Shown piece after piece: positions 14,830-27,717 of a stretch of DNA of 64,000 nucleotides. The DNA lies in contig NC_043001.1 in assembly GCF_006345805.1 (NCBI RefSeq), positions 92,318,001 to 92,382,000 of the forward strand, read 5' to 3'. This DNA comes from Octopus sinensis. Lineage: Eukaryota. The translations under genes and the position numbers were made by a program. The notes beneath the pieces were generated by a model. It worked only from the letters and a program-made list of their open reading frames with translations. It did no database searches and was not told where the DNA came from. Positions within the stretch are counted from its first letter, which is position 1, and every line of letters starts with the position of its first letter.

Positions 14830-15260
14830 CAGAGAATCCACTATGTGGACGCTCTAACGCTAAAGATAAATCCGTAAGGGTCTCAACCACTAAGAATTGT
14901 TCTCGAGAAGAATTTAGCACACTATGAACGTAAGCGAGCAGGACAAATGAAAAATAACAAAAATATAGATTAACCCCAGACAATTGTTTCACTGTTAATA
15001 AATTATGCAATTTTACTTACACAATTAATCCACAGATCATCAGTGAGATTCGTCATAAAATATAATTTGTCGAACTGCACGCCAGATATTAATATCTGGT
15101 CGACAAATTGTCTGGGGTTAATCTATATTTTTGTTATTTTTCATTTGTCCTGCTCGCTTGCGTTCATAGTGTGCTAAATTCTTCTCGAGAACAATTCTTA
15201 GTGGTTCAGACCCTTGCGGATCTATCTCTAGCGTTAGAGCGTCCACATAGTGGATTCTCT
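14830..15260. repeat. Fold-back inverted repeat, ~155-bp arms (Penelope-like inverted terminal repeat)
   Basis: 14830-14986 is the reverse complement of ~15104-15260 with few mismatches; the hammerhead overlaps the left arm and spacer. Confidence 0.85.
14972..15050 (-). ncRNA. Type I hammerhead ribozyme motif (Penelope-like relic)
   Basis: Minus strand AATCTCA-CTGATGA-[long stem II hairpin]-GAAA-C-AATT-GTC-TGGGGTT; palindromic loop III; stem II closing pair is a U-U mismatch. Confidence 0.7.
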
Positions 15261-15372
15261 CTCATATTTGTGTATTAATAATATTTGCTGAATTTCAGTT
15301 TTTTATGCGCTAAACCACTGGTGTTAAATTGATGTTATTAAATTAATATCCAATTTTTTCACTCTTATTTTG

Positions 15373-15418
<46 letters not shown>

Positions 15419-15565
15419 GTGTGTATGTATGTATATGTGTATGTATGTATGTATATATATACATGCATATTTGTATGTATGCATTTATGTATGTATGTAT
15501 GTATATGTGTGTGTGCGCGCGCATATATATGTATTTACATACTCATGAACATCTTATATTAGCAG

Positions 15566-15886
15566 GTGATGGGAATAAAATTGAATCCGTGAGTGGAACA
15601 TCAAAGGCTTTCATGAATAAAAATTTCACACTGATTTGCGAAATTGGCAACAGTCCTGAAGTTAGATGGTATATCCGAAGTACTGGACTACTTTTGGCAA
15701 AGTTTGTTAATTGCGAGAAAGTGCCTGGAAGTATTCAAAGATTGCACAGCCCTGTACGTATCTCTTGCAATCTGATCTCGCAGAAATCTACTCTCGAGCT
15801 TGGACCCGTAAATCTGAAGGATGGTAACTTTACTATTGTATGCGCAACTAAACACCATGGAAGCGAATTCAAAGTTTCAACAATCG
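15566..15886 (+). CDS. Ig-like (V-type) domain exon 2
   Basis: tagcAG acceptor (NAGNAG, alternative start 15563), 321 bp, G|GTATGT donor, phase 1-1. FTLIC...VRWY...STLEL...KDGNFTIVC gives the canonical Ig C-W-C pattern; two NFT sequons. Confidence 0.85.
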
Positions 15887-16380
15887 GTATGTGTGTTTCA
15901 TGAAGGTATCACAAAAACGCTCTTTTCTCATTTCTAGCTTTTCTCCCTTTTTTTTTCTAGCTCATTCTCTTTTCTCCCTCTCTCATTGTCATATGTATCT
16001 GTATACTTCTTTTCTCTTTTACTTGTTTGAGGAATTAAACTGCAGCCATGCTGGGCCACCATCATGAAGAATTTTTAGTGGAATGTATCGATCCAAGAGC
16101 TTATATATTTTAAATTCTGATACCTAATTTTTGGACGGACAGGATGGTAATCACACCAACACCGTTGACAAGAGGTGGGGAGGCAAACAAACACAGACTC
16201 AAACACATACACACACATATATATATATGTGTGTGTGTGTGCGTGTGTGTGTGTGTATGCCACGTTAAAAGCATCCAGTTCAAACTATAAGATGGTTAGC
16301 GTTTGGAAGGGCACCCAACTGTGAAAATCAGGACAAGACTAACTTCACCTGTGCTAGTGCCACGTAAAAGTCACTGAGTC

Positions 16381-16462
<82 letters not shown>

Positions 16463-16580
16463 ATGCTAATCCAAACAAAAGAAAACACAGAAAAAAGAGA
16501 AAAAAAAGAGAAAAAACACAGCAACGCAGGACGTGGAACAATTAAAGTATTATTGACGCTCAGGAAAGAAGGGAAGGAGG

Positions 16581-16615
16581 GTTTAACGTTTCGAGCGGAG
16601 CTCTTCGTCGGAAAC
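16581..16615 (-). ncRNA. Minimal hammerhead-like motif, U4C core variant
   Basis: GTTT-CCGACGA-A-GAGC(TCC)GCTC-GAAA-CG-TT-AAAC; same repeat family at 48829 and 49070. Confidence 0.5.
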
Positions 16616-16687
16616 AAGGAGAAGGAAAGATCCCAAGGAGGGAAGACAGAGGAGACAATATTTGAGCTGGTGGTGCTTAAGAGATCA

Positions 16688-16721
16688 CATATATATATGT
16701 ATATATATATATATATGTATG

Positions 16722-16754
<33 letters not shown>

Positions 16755-17161
16755 GTATATATATGTATATATATGTATATATATATGTATATAATGTATA
16801 TATATATAGTATATATATATGTATGTATATATATATGTATATATATATATATATGTATGTATATTATATATGTATATATATATATATATGTATATATATG
16901 TATATATATGTATATATATATGTATATATATGTATATATATATGTATATATATGTATGTATATATATAGTATATATATATATATATAATATAGTATGTAT
17001 ATATATATATATATGTGTTATATATATATATATGTATATATATATATGTATATATATATATGTATATATATATGTATATATATATATATATATGTATATA
17101 TATAATATTATATATATAATATAATATATATATTATATATATACATATATATAATATATAT
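16688..17161. repeat. Long (TA)n/(TATG)n microsatellite
   Basis: Seen directly; representative of many TA, TACA, TATC, TG and TAA tracts in the window. Confidence 0.95.
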
Positions 17162-17669
17162 ATAATGTTATTCAAGTAGAACGAACCGATTTCATTGCAC
17201 AATGTTTTAATAAAATAACGCAGTAGAAAACTCCAGCTAAGTCACAAGTATTTACTCACAATCAACTTTTATTTCCTGTCTTACATGTGTTCAATGTGAC
17301 CACCACCTGCAGCACGGGTTACATCAACGCAATAAGAGAATTCCTCCCAGACGCGTATCAGCATATCACGATCCACTGAGTTGATCTCTGTTGTTATTCA
17401 ATGTTTAAGATCATCGAAGTTAGTGGGTAGAGGTTTATGTTCCATCGCTCCCAGCTAAACTGGATCGTGATATGGTGATACGTGTCTGGGGAGAATTCTC
17501 TTATCGCGTTGATGTAACCCGTTGTGCGGGTGGTGACCACATTGAACCCTTGTAAGACAGGAAATAAAAGCTGATTGTGAGTAAATACTTTTGACTTAAC
17601 TGGAGTTTTCTACTGCTTTTCTTTATTAAAACATTGCGCAATGAAATCGATTCGTTCTACTTGAATAAC

Positions 17670-17673
<4 letters not shown>
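17162..17673. mobile_element. Fold-back MITE built from a Tc1/mariner-superfamily transposase 3' end
   Basis: ~215-bp inverted arms within (TA)n; right arm reads ELDRDMVIRVWGEFSYRVDVTRCAGGDHIEPL*. Confidence 0.75.
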
Positions 17674-17707
<34 letters not shown>

Positions 17708-17708
<1 letters not shown>

Positions 17709-17868
17709 GACGGACATCTTTCAGTTTCCGTCTACCAAAACCACTAACTAGGCTTTAGTCGACCTGAGGCTATGGTAGAGGACACTTGAGCAAGGTGCCA
17801 CGCAGTGAAACTGAATCTAGAGGTATATGATTAGGGAACAAGCTTCTTACCACACAACCACGCCTCGC
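17708..17868 (-). mobile_element. SINE family A, 5' half
   Basis: Matches the family A head consensus. Confidence 0.75.
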
Positions 17869-17873
17869 TAATG

Positions 17874-17926
<53 letters not shown>

Positions 17927-17933
17927 CATATGT

Positions 17934-17974
<41 letters not shown>

Positions 17975-18099
17975 GTGCGTGCGTGTTTGGGGAACAAACT
18001 TCTTTACCAGTAGAAGGGAACATCTGTAAGCATACTGAAAAATGTGTAAAAAACATTTGTAAATTAGGTTAATGTGGTGACAGCTATAACTAAGTGATG

Positions 18100-18299
18100 A
18101 GCCGTGAATGTGTAGTGAAAAAGTTCACTTCCCAAACACATGCTTACGGCTTCAGTCTCACTGCGTGGCACCTTGAGCAAGTGTAGCCTAGTATAGCCTT
18201 AGGCCGACCAAAGCCTTGTAAGCGGATTTGGTAGACAGAAACTGAAAGATGACGGACGTGTATATATATATATATATATATTATATTATATATATATAT

Positions 18300-18382
<83 letters not shown>

Positions 18383-18393
18383 TATTATATATA

Positions 18394-18432
<39 letters not shown>

Positions 18433-18650
18433 GTGTGTATTTAAGTGTGTCTTTGTTTCTGTGATTGTCTTCCCACCATTACGTTGACAATCGATTTTGA
18501 TGTGTTAACGTCCCCGTAACTAAGCGGTTCGGCAAAAGAAACCGATAGAATAAGTACTAGGCTTACAAAGAATAAGTCCTGGGGTCGGTTTGTTCAACTA
18601 AACCCTTAAAGGTGGTGCCCCAGCATGACCGAAGTTCAAAGACTAAAACA
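18100..18650 (+). mobile_element. SINE family A
   Basis: Head, internal (TA)n/(TG)n and tail all present. Confidence 0.8.
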
Positions 18651-19093
18651 GATCTTAATTTATTGAAATTAGACCTTGTGACAACGTCAAAGGTTGTGGG
18701 AAGATAATCTCAAGAGTTAAGAATTTTTTGAAATTGATTTAATAATAAAGAAAAGATCGTCCGTCTCTCTTGAAATATGGGCACGTCTGTGGACGTACAG
18801 AAAAATGTGTAGAAAACATTTATGGTCTAGATTAATGTGGTGACAAAAATAACTTAACGTGGTCATTGTTAAATTAAGATTGTTATTCTAAAGGAAGTTT
18901 TAAAATAACAGTGAAATATACTTTGTGTGTGGTGGGGTTCAATAGTGAGAGCCAAATTCATTGTGAAACTCTTGTTGACTGGGAGATTTGTCAGACTGCT
19001 TCTTCAAAACTTATTATGAATTTTACAATATTTGTTTATCTGTCTATGTATCTACACATCTGTTTATCTATTCATTTATAATATAAAGCTAAA

Positions 19094-20370
19094 TACGAAC
19101 ACATACATAAATAATGCGTTTTTTTTTCAATTGCATAAACTAAAAGTTGGAGGCGAACGGGATGAACTACTTGCATGAACTTGCAATAAAAGTTGGTAGT
19201 AATTTTTCCTTATCCTTATTCTTAATGCAAGTCGTCAAGAGTGCAGTTCGATTTTAAAAGTTACTTTTTCAAAGTTATAACGGAAGTTACCAAGGAGCAT
19301 ATTCAGGATATTTTGCTTTATGAGTTCAATAAGGGCAACAACGCAACGGAAAGTGCGAGGAATATTAAAACAGTATATGAGGACCGGACAATAAGCTTAA
19401 GCCAGCGTTAAAGGTGGTTCCAGAAATTCCGAGCCGGAAACTACAGCCTAGAAGACGAGCCTCATCTTGGAAGATCTGTAGAGTTCGACGAGGAGGTCCT
19501 GGAAACCTTGGTGGAACAAAATCTCATCGTAATTGCCGAGGAACTAGCAGAGAAGCTTGGATTTGGTCATTCAACCATTCATCGATACCTGCATGCCATC
19601 AGAAAAATCAGCAAATTGGGTCAATGGGTTCCTCACAAACTTTCTGAGTCTAATCGCGTGCAGAGGCTTAATGTGTGCTCTTCTTCGCTGTCACGTCTCA
19701 CGAATGAATCATTTTTGCACCGAATAGTGACTGGAAACGAGAAATTGGTTCACTACAAAAATGTCAATCACCAAAGACAGTGGGTAGGGAAACGAGAAAC
19801 ACCGGCACCCCAGGCTAAAGTAGGTCTTCACCTAAGTAAGGTATTGTTATCTGTATTGGGGGATATGAAAGGTTTAGTCCACTTTGAACTTTTAATCCAA
19901 ACAAGATTACAAAGGATATCTAATGCGAGCAGCTTGAGCGGTTTAAGTCAGCGCTAGAAGAAAAACGACCGTCTTTGGTTTCAAGACGAAAGGTGTTCTA
20001 TCAGGATAATGCTCGGCCTCATACAAGGATATTCGAAAATCTGGAGAAATTTGAATGGGAAACGATTCCCTGCCCACCATATTGCTGAACATTGCCCCAT
20101 CTGATTACCATTTATTCTGGAGTTTTCAAAATTATTTGGAAGGAAGAAAAAGGAATTCTGTAGACGAGAGCAGAACAGTCCTGAAGAAGTACTTTTCGTC
20201 CTGGACAAGTGAATTTTGGAAGAGAGGCCTTGCAAGCCTACCAGATAGATGGAAAAGCATTGTAGAAAATGAAGGAGAATATATTTTGGATTAAAAAACA
20301 ACTTTGTTATCTTAAGTTTGAAAAATAAAAGTATAATAAAAAGCAACATTATTTATGGGTTGACCCAATA
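19094..20370 (+). mobile_element. Mariner (DD34D-type) transposon, frameshifted
   Basis: WVPHKL, IVTGNEK and NIAPSDYHLF motifs; right TIR ATTATTTATGGGTTGACCCAA-TA, left TIR degenerate. Confidence 0.9.
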
Positions 20371-20911
20371 TATAATACATATGTATCTATATGTACATAT
20401 ATTTAAGAAAGGGTGATATTTAGTTACATAATGTGTATTTCATAAACAAGACACATTGTGAAATCGTCAGAGATGTGTAACCTTTCTACATAACATTACT
20501 GGAATACAGGAATGTTACGCATAAAGGTTATACGTCTCTGATGATTCTATAAATTTTGATTATATAATTTACATTATGCAACTTATAGTTACTCGTTGTT
20601 AACTTAATAAACAATTTTTTTTAATGAAGCTTACTTCATAGTGTAACTGGATATCTAATAAACAATATCTTGTATTTTGCTTTATTTTCTCCACCCCCTC
20701 TCCCCTTCCATGTACTCTGGGAAACTCCAAACTCGATTCATAAGTGATACGGATACGATAACAGGGGAAAATTAGACATAGAGTTATTGATACGGATTAT
20801 TTGGTTATTTGCCACGCAACTCGGCTTAAACCCAATGAAGATATATTTATACACACGCACACACGTGCTCGCACACACGTTCCCGCACATACATATATAC
20901 ACACATACGTG

Positions 20912-20982
<71 letters not shown>

Positions 20983-21149
20983 TTATAAAATGAGATAGGG
21001 GTTGAAAATTCAACCCACCATGGGATAATATATATCTAATATCTGCTAGATAGGTACCCAACAAGACTAATACATAGATGTTAAAAATTGCCAAACAATC
21101 AGTTCATCCATTGTATTATATGGGTAAAGGTAATAATATTACCGTAAAT

Positions 21150-22110
21150 TAATACTACAAAATTAGAGAATGGAGAAACATACTTAAAAAATAAAACATC
21201 AACTATCAGATGATACCCAATCAATACTTTAATACACCATTACATATCAGTAAAGGCATTATAAAAATATACAGTAAGAGTAGATAGACAAAGAGATATA
21301 AGTATAAAATTTCAAATATAAATGTAATTAAATCAATTCTGACAGCTGTTTCGGCAGTGAGGGCGTCATACCTCATTTAACCTATAAGCCATAAAGGCAG
21401 GTATAATGAGGCATTAACAAGGATGCCCCACGGCTCTTCAGAGAATTAAATTTGTTTAATTGTGAAAAAGATTATTTAACCATATACATATAAATATAAA
21501 AATATAAAAATGTAAAATATAAAAACTTATACATAAACTTCATAATGCTACACTTATATAATATAATACTTATTGGTACAATAATGGAAGGTAAACAGAA
21601 CAAAATAAAACAAAATATATATCAGTGTATATATTAATATTAATAAGCACCGATATTATACATATTTGGCTAATAGTTTTTAAAAAAAACTAACACATAG
21701 GGAGATGAAAAATAATAATTAAAACCATGGTTCAGTTCATAAAATTATAAAGCTATAAAAGTTAATAAAAATTACTATTAATATTAATAATAGCAATAAT
21801 AATAATAATAATATATACAGTTATGTTTGCACCAAGTCCATCCTTTCAAGATTGAAATAACTATGAGTTAAGAAATACTGACCACTAGGTAATGATAATT
21901 TAGATTAATTCGATTGGCTATTGGTTTGAAATTTAAATCACAAAAGAAATTATACGGTTGGTTAGTCAAGGAACGCCAATATTCACACGCGCATCTACAG
22001 ATCAATCGCACATACATGTAATGGTGTATTAAAGTATTGATTGGGTATCATCTGATAGTTGATGTTTTATTGATTTAAGTATGTTTCTCCATTCTCTAAT
22101 TTTGTAGTAT
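21150..22110 (-). mobile_element. Penelope-like element relic with ~95-bp inverted terminal duplication
   Basis: 21152-21245 is the reverse complement of 22016-22110; carries a hammerhead motif; bounded on the right by (TA)n. Confidence 0.65.
21333..21449 (-). ncRNA. Type I hammerhead ribozyme motif with extended stem II
   Basis: Minus strand TTAATTCT-CTGAAGA-G...C-GAAA-C-AGCT-GTC-AGAATTGA: 8-bp stem I, intact core, palindromic tetraloop, GUC triplet. Confidence 0.8.
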
Positions 22111-22133
22111 ATATATATATATATATATATATA

Positions 22134-22174
<41 letters not shown>

Positions 22175-22911
22175 AGATGTATTAGTATAACGCTCAGGAA
22201 TAGAAAAAGTATTTTACGTTTCGAGCCTACGCTCTTCTACAGAAAGGGACACAGAAAAATTTTGTTTGCAACAGTTAGATGCGAACTTAATCGTGGTCTG
22301 ATCGGCATCTTTACTCATGTGTCTTGAAATTTATATCTACATCTCTATGAGTAGATTTATCTTCTCTGGGATGTCAATAATTAATTTAATAACTTTGTAT
22401 TGTTGGAAAACATATATATAGTCTGCTTGGAATCTTACTTCAAGTTCCTGGCACTCACTTCTATAACTTTATAAGGATATTTACACTCTCTAAGATGTTT
22501 GGAAAACCTATATGAAATTTAGCTGAAGAGTACTTGACATTATATTTGCTGTAATATTTAGAGCTTTAATAAAATGTTTATAGTATGAAACAATTGTACT
22601 AAACTACTGATCCATTCTTGTTGCTTATTTTTTGGTTATATACATATATATATATATAAACATATGATATGCAGATATGTATGACTACATATAAATGTGT
22701 GTATGTTTAGGTGGTCTTATATATAGGAATCGTAATATATCTCCCACTATGACTATCTAGCCGTTTAATAAAGTCGGTCTCTATTCAAGTGACACCACTC
22801 CTGTTAATTCCATAGGTATTTTAAACTATGCAACAGATAATTATGTATTTATATATTTTTAAGCTGCTACTTTCCGCTGCTTGTCCTTTTATATTACTTT
22901 TCTGTTTATAG

Positions 22912-23217
22912 ACAGTAGAAATTTGACTATTCATGATGCTGGCACCATAACAGTTACAGGTGAAAACATTGCGACACTTTTATGCCCTTTAGAAGAGGGA
23001 GACACGCTGTCAGTGTGGAAAGGAAATGGTACCGTTATAGGTAACTGCACTGGAGGTTTCCGACCCGTTCACACATACTATGAAACAATGGATTTATCAT
23101 GTGCTCCAGGTGGTTCAATTCTAAAATTATATCTTCCCTCTAATACAACGGAACTGAATGTCTTGTGTGAAAGTCAGAGTAAGAAAAGAAGAGTATTTAA
23201 ATTAATCCACAAACCAA
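22912..23217 (+). CDS. Ig-like (V-type) domain exon 3
   Basis: ttttctgtttatAG acceptor, 306 bp, A|GTAAGT donor, phase 1-1. ATLLC...VWKGNG..GNC..LSC..SILKL..NVLC; sequons NLT, NGT, NCT, NTT. Confidence 0.85.
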
Positions 23218-24041
23218 GTAAGTCTGATTAAATTTAAGCTGCACTGTTTCCCTGAAAATTTTTCAGCTTTTATAACTTATAATATCTTTCGTCAGTAAAT
23301 TTTTTTCCTGCTTACAGTTTATACTTTATTGCACCTGAATTATATTGGAAAAGAATCTGACTGGATATGTGTTTAAGGCGTTTGCTTCGAGTCTATGTGG
23401 TTTCACGTTCTATTCTACTACATGTTACATTAGACAAGTGTGTTGTACTATAGACTTAGGTAACTAAAGCCTTATTGAAATTTGCTGGATGAACACTGTA
23501 GAAGCCCGTCAGTAAATCTGTTTCACTTTTGTGGTAATAGGCGTATTCTATCGCCCAGTTTGTCAACACTGTCTGGTCCATGAAAACCTAGACGGTGTTC
23601 ACTCTGTAATAAGTAACATGTTATCGACCTAAGAATAGTATCCTTCCAACTACCTCGGAAATTCTAAACTGAGGGTCATGGAGCGGACCCTATCCTTATT
23701 CCTCTGATTAAGTCGTAAAAGCTTACTTTACCCTCGCCTTTGTAATTATTTTATCAATATTTTAAAGATAACTGATTATTTTATTTCTTGTGTATTCAAT
23801 TAGCTCCAAAATGATCACGCTTGTTTTCGATCTTTTAAAGAATGAGAGAAATTATTTTGATTCCTTTGAATTTGTTTTATCAATATCTGTATTGCATAAC
23901 TCATTTTCCATTATTATTTTTAATTTGCTATGGAATGAGAAATCTCGACGAAGTATATAAATACCAGTTTTCTGGTTTACATCTATTTGGTATTTAGACT
24001 TACTGAATTAAGTGAGTTTCAATTTCACTGTATCTGTTGAG

Positions 24042-24086
<45 letters not shown>

Positions 24087-24089
<3 letters not shown>

Positions 24090-25707
24090 TGGCCAAAATA
24101 AGTTTAAGACCGATGATGAGTTCTATTCCTTCATTAATTTGTTTTTAACAAAACTGCATAAAATTATTTTACTTTTTACAGCTTATGTAGAATTTTTTCC
24201 TCTTTCGAATGATATAGACGTTATATATCTTTCTAAAATTCGAATAATTTTAATGCGCAATTAATTCAAATAATTAAAAATTGTCGCAAAATAAGTTTAA
24301 GATCGTACCAACATTATTTTGTTTAAATTGAAAATTTCTGGCACAAATGGTCAATGAACAAAAATTTATTATTAATATCTAGTTCCATAGCCATTATTTT
24401 CAATTACGATCTTACAAAGTGACATGGATTTCGACAAATGAGCACAAATATTACTTAGAATGTTCTGCTATATTCCTTCAATAAAATTATATAATTGGGA
24501 CAAATTTGTTGGTTTTTTAGCATGAACTCTTTTAGAAACATGATTCCAAAAATTTTCTATCGGATTCAAATCTGGGTTCTGCGGAGGCAACCCAAAACCA
24601 CCATATTATTGCGCTCGAAATATTGCAAAACTTTCCTAGCCTTATGAACAGAGTAGTTGTGCTGCTGGAAAATAGATGCCTCTGGCATCTGATTATTTAA
24701 ATGTGGCAGCATATTTTCATTTACTAATTGCAGATAGTCTACACTGTTCAGTCTGCCATCAACCTTAACAATTGGACCAACACATAAGCTGCTGAACGCG
24801 GCCCACACCATTTCCCTCACCTCCCCCTTGCGTCGTTTTCTTGACACACTTAGGATGGAATCATTCAGTTGGACGACGTCTAACATACGTCTTTCTGTCT
24901 GATCAAAAGATGCAGATGCCGGATTAGTCGCTCCAAAGAACTTTTAACCAGGTCTCAGCCATCCATTCAATATGACTTTTAACAAACTCGATCCGCTTCC
25001 GCCAGTTCGTCTCAGAAATTATCGGCTTCTTTCGTGCGATCTGGCTGAACAGTTTAAATTCTTTTAAGCGATTTCTCAAAGTTTGTTGTGAAAAGCTAAT
25101 GACAGTTTCATCAGATAATTACTTGCAAATGTTTACTGCTGTTAGCATTCGGTTACCCCCAGGGAGCCTATGAATTGACCGATCCTTCTGTACTGTTGCT
25201 TTTCTCGCAGCGCCCGTTCTTTGCTGATCTTTGTATTGGCCACTGGCTTGGTAAAGCTTCCATGCTTGAACACAAGCAGTTTTGCTGCATCCTAATTGCT
25301 AGCTAATGTTAATGAAGAGCACACATTGCTGATGAAGCAACACGATCTTTGAAATAGGAACTGGGCTGATACTACGATGCTTGCCCATTGCGAATTATTG
25401 TGTAACAATGCTCGTTTATTCAACAAAACAGTGCAGTACGACCAGCCATATGACCGCCCATTTGGTTTATTAATTTGCATAATCTTGGTACGGTCTTAAA
25501 CGTATTTTGCTGACAATTTCTAATTAACTAATTGCGCGTTAAAATTATTCGAATTGTAGAAAGATATATAACGCCTATATCATTCGAATGAGGAAAAAAA
25601 ATTCTAGATAAACTCTAAAAAGTAAAATAATTTTATAGTTTTGTTTAAAATATATTAATGAAGGAATAGAACTCTCATAATCGCTCTTAAACTTATTTTG
25701 TTCAGTG
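24087..25707 (-). mobile_element. Tc1-like transposon with long IR-DR termini, decayed
   Basis: TA-CACTG...CAGTG-TA ends; ~200-bp imperfect TIRs with internal direct repeat CAAAATAAGTTTAAGA; MVWAAFS and IFQQHNYSVHKA motifs. Confidence 0.9.
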
Positions 25708-26161
25708 TATATATAAGTAGAATAGATAGCAGTTTGCAATGTTTTACCAAAATGGAAAGCTATAACTGTCACTAAATGTGACTAGGGTGCTAGAAACACC
25801 TACATTGACAGATATTACAGCTAAAATGCTCTAATGATGTAGTCAAAGCACATGATAATTGTATACATTTATACAGGCTGGGATTATAGTCGTCCGGAAA
25901 CACCGCTTGAGAACACTTTGCATTGGATTCAGTTTCAACAATTTCCGTTGCCTCATCAGTATGGACTAACTCTACTTTGGGAGATTTCGGACTTAATTCT
26001 ATGTTTGTATATATGTTTTCATCATCGAAATATATGGGTGATATAGCGCATCGTTAATGTGTATACACAGAATTAGAATAGACATCAGTTTGCAATGTTT
26101 TGCCAAAAAGGAAAACTAGAATTGTCACTTATTGTGACATCTATCTATCTATCTATCTACA

Positions 26162-26238
<77 letters not shown>

Positions 26239-26280
26239 GTCTGTCTCTGTGTGTGTGTGTGTGTGTGTGTTTGTGTTTGT

Positions 26281-26319
<39 letters not shown>

Positions 26320-26789
26320 AAGGTACGCGTAGGTAGAATTGTTAGCACTCCGTTAGTATTTCATCCATCTTTACGTTCTGAGCTTAAACACCGCCGTGAT
26401 CGACTTTGCATTTCATTCTTCCGGTTGAGTACTGGGGGGCGATGGAATCGACTTACCCCTCCCTCGAAATTGTTGGTCCTGTGTCAAAATTTCAAACCAA
26501 TTTTAGAAAGATTAATGTAGGGGAGGATGGATTTCACGTAAGCACCAATCCTACACTTATCAAAAAGAGTCCCTAGTTCTGTCTATTTTGGTCAGTAGAG
26601 ATGGATTTAATGTTACATCTCTTTGTCAGAGGTATACCATGTCAGGTTTTTCGAGAAGGTGGTGAGCAGAATCGAGAAAAAAAAATGTTGACAATGATAG
26701 AAGCGTTTCTGATGGGAATACTGTTGGGCTTATAGTTGAGTATAATAATGCCAGTAATGATAATGAAGATTCTAATAATAATGTTGGAC

Positions 26790-27034
26790 TGGTCCATGTG
26801 CAGGTGGCACATAAAAAACATCATTTGAGCGTTGCTGCTGCCAGTACTGCCTGACTGGCTCTCGTGCCGGTGGCACATAAAAGCACCCACTACACTCTCG
26901 GAGTGGTTGGCGTTAGGAAGGGCATCCAGCTGTAGAAACTCTGCCAGATCAGATTGGAGTCTGGTGCAGCCATCTGGTTCGGCAGACCTCACTCAAATCG
27001 TCCAACCCATGCTAGCATGGAAAGCGGACGTTAA

Positions 27035-27065
<31 letters not shown>
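26790..27065 (+). mobile_element. SINE/RTE-tail-like element ending in (TGA)n
   Basis: GGTTGGCGTTAGGAAGGGCATCCAG motif and GACGTTAAATGATGATG tail; related fragment at ~16255-16385. Confidence 0.6.
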
Positions 27066-27066
<1 letters not shown>

Positions 27067-27198
27067 ATGAGCTGAGAACAATCCTTCATTTATCGGCATA
27101 ATACTGATTATTGTGCAATAATAATTAAATGATATAGAAGGAAAATTTATAAAAAATGAATTTCTTCGAAGTTAACATATAATACCCTTGTTTTTTAG

Positions 27199-27351
27199 GC
27201 TTTAGATTGGAGAATGTAATTATAATTATTCTGGTTCTTATCCTGTTGCTTATCATCATCGCTAATTTCGTGTGTTTCTTGACTAAACCCGGACGGGAGT
27301 TCTGTATTCAGCAGGCGCTGATAAGTACGACCAATGATCCAGATTTTGAGA
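27199..27351 (+). CDS. Transmembrane exon of the Ig-domain protein
   Basis: ttgttttttAG acceptor, 153 bp, A|GTAAGT donor, phase 1-1. SFRLENVIIIILVLILLLIIIANFVCFLTKPGREFCIQQALISTTNDPDFE: ~22-residue hydrophobic helix followed by KPGR. Confidence 0.8.
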
Positions 27352-27717
27352 GTAAGTCAGCAATTATGCAACTCATTTCCCTATATCCGTATACATACAT
27401 ACATACATACATACATACATACATACATACTTACATATGTGTGTGTGTATTTTAGAGACACAACCAACTAATGTATGTATACATGTATGTATGTCTGTGT
27501 GCTTGTGTATGATTCCATGTGCGTTTCTCTGCGTCTATATGCATATGTATGCAAGCAAGCATGTATGTATGTACACATGTAGGTATTGGTCAATAAAAAC
27601 CACGCACATATACTTACATATAAACATATACATATACATACATACATACATACATACATACATACATACATACATACATACATACATACATACATACATA
27701 CATGCATACATACATAA

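Noticed and set aside
20462-20545. Imperfect hairpin with CTGA(T/C)GA in both arms
   Set aside because: No downstream GAAA or stem III, so not called a hammerhead; counted only as a fold-back.
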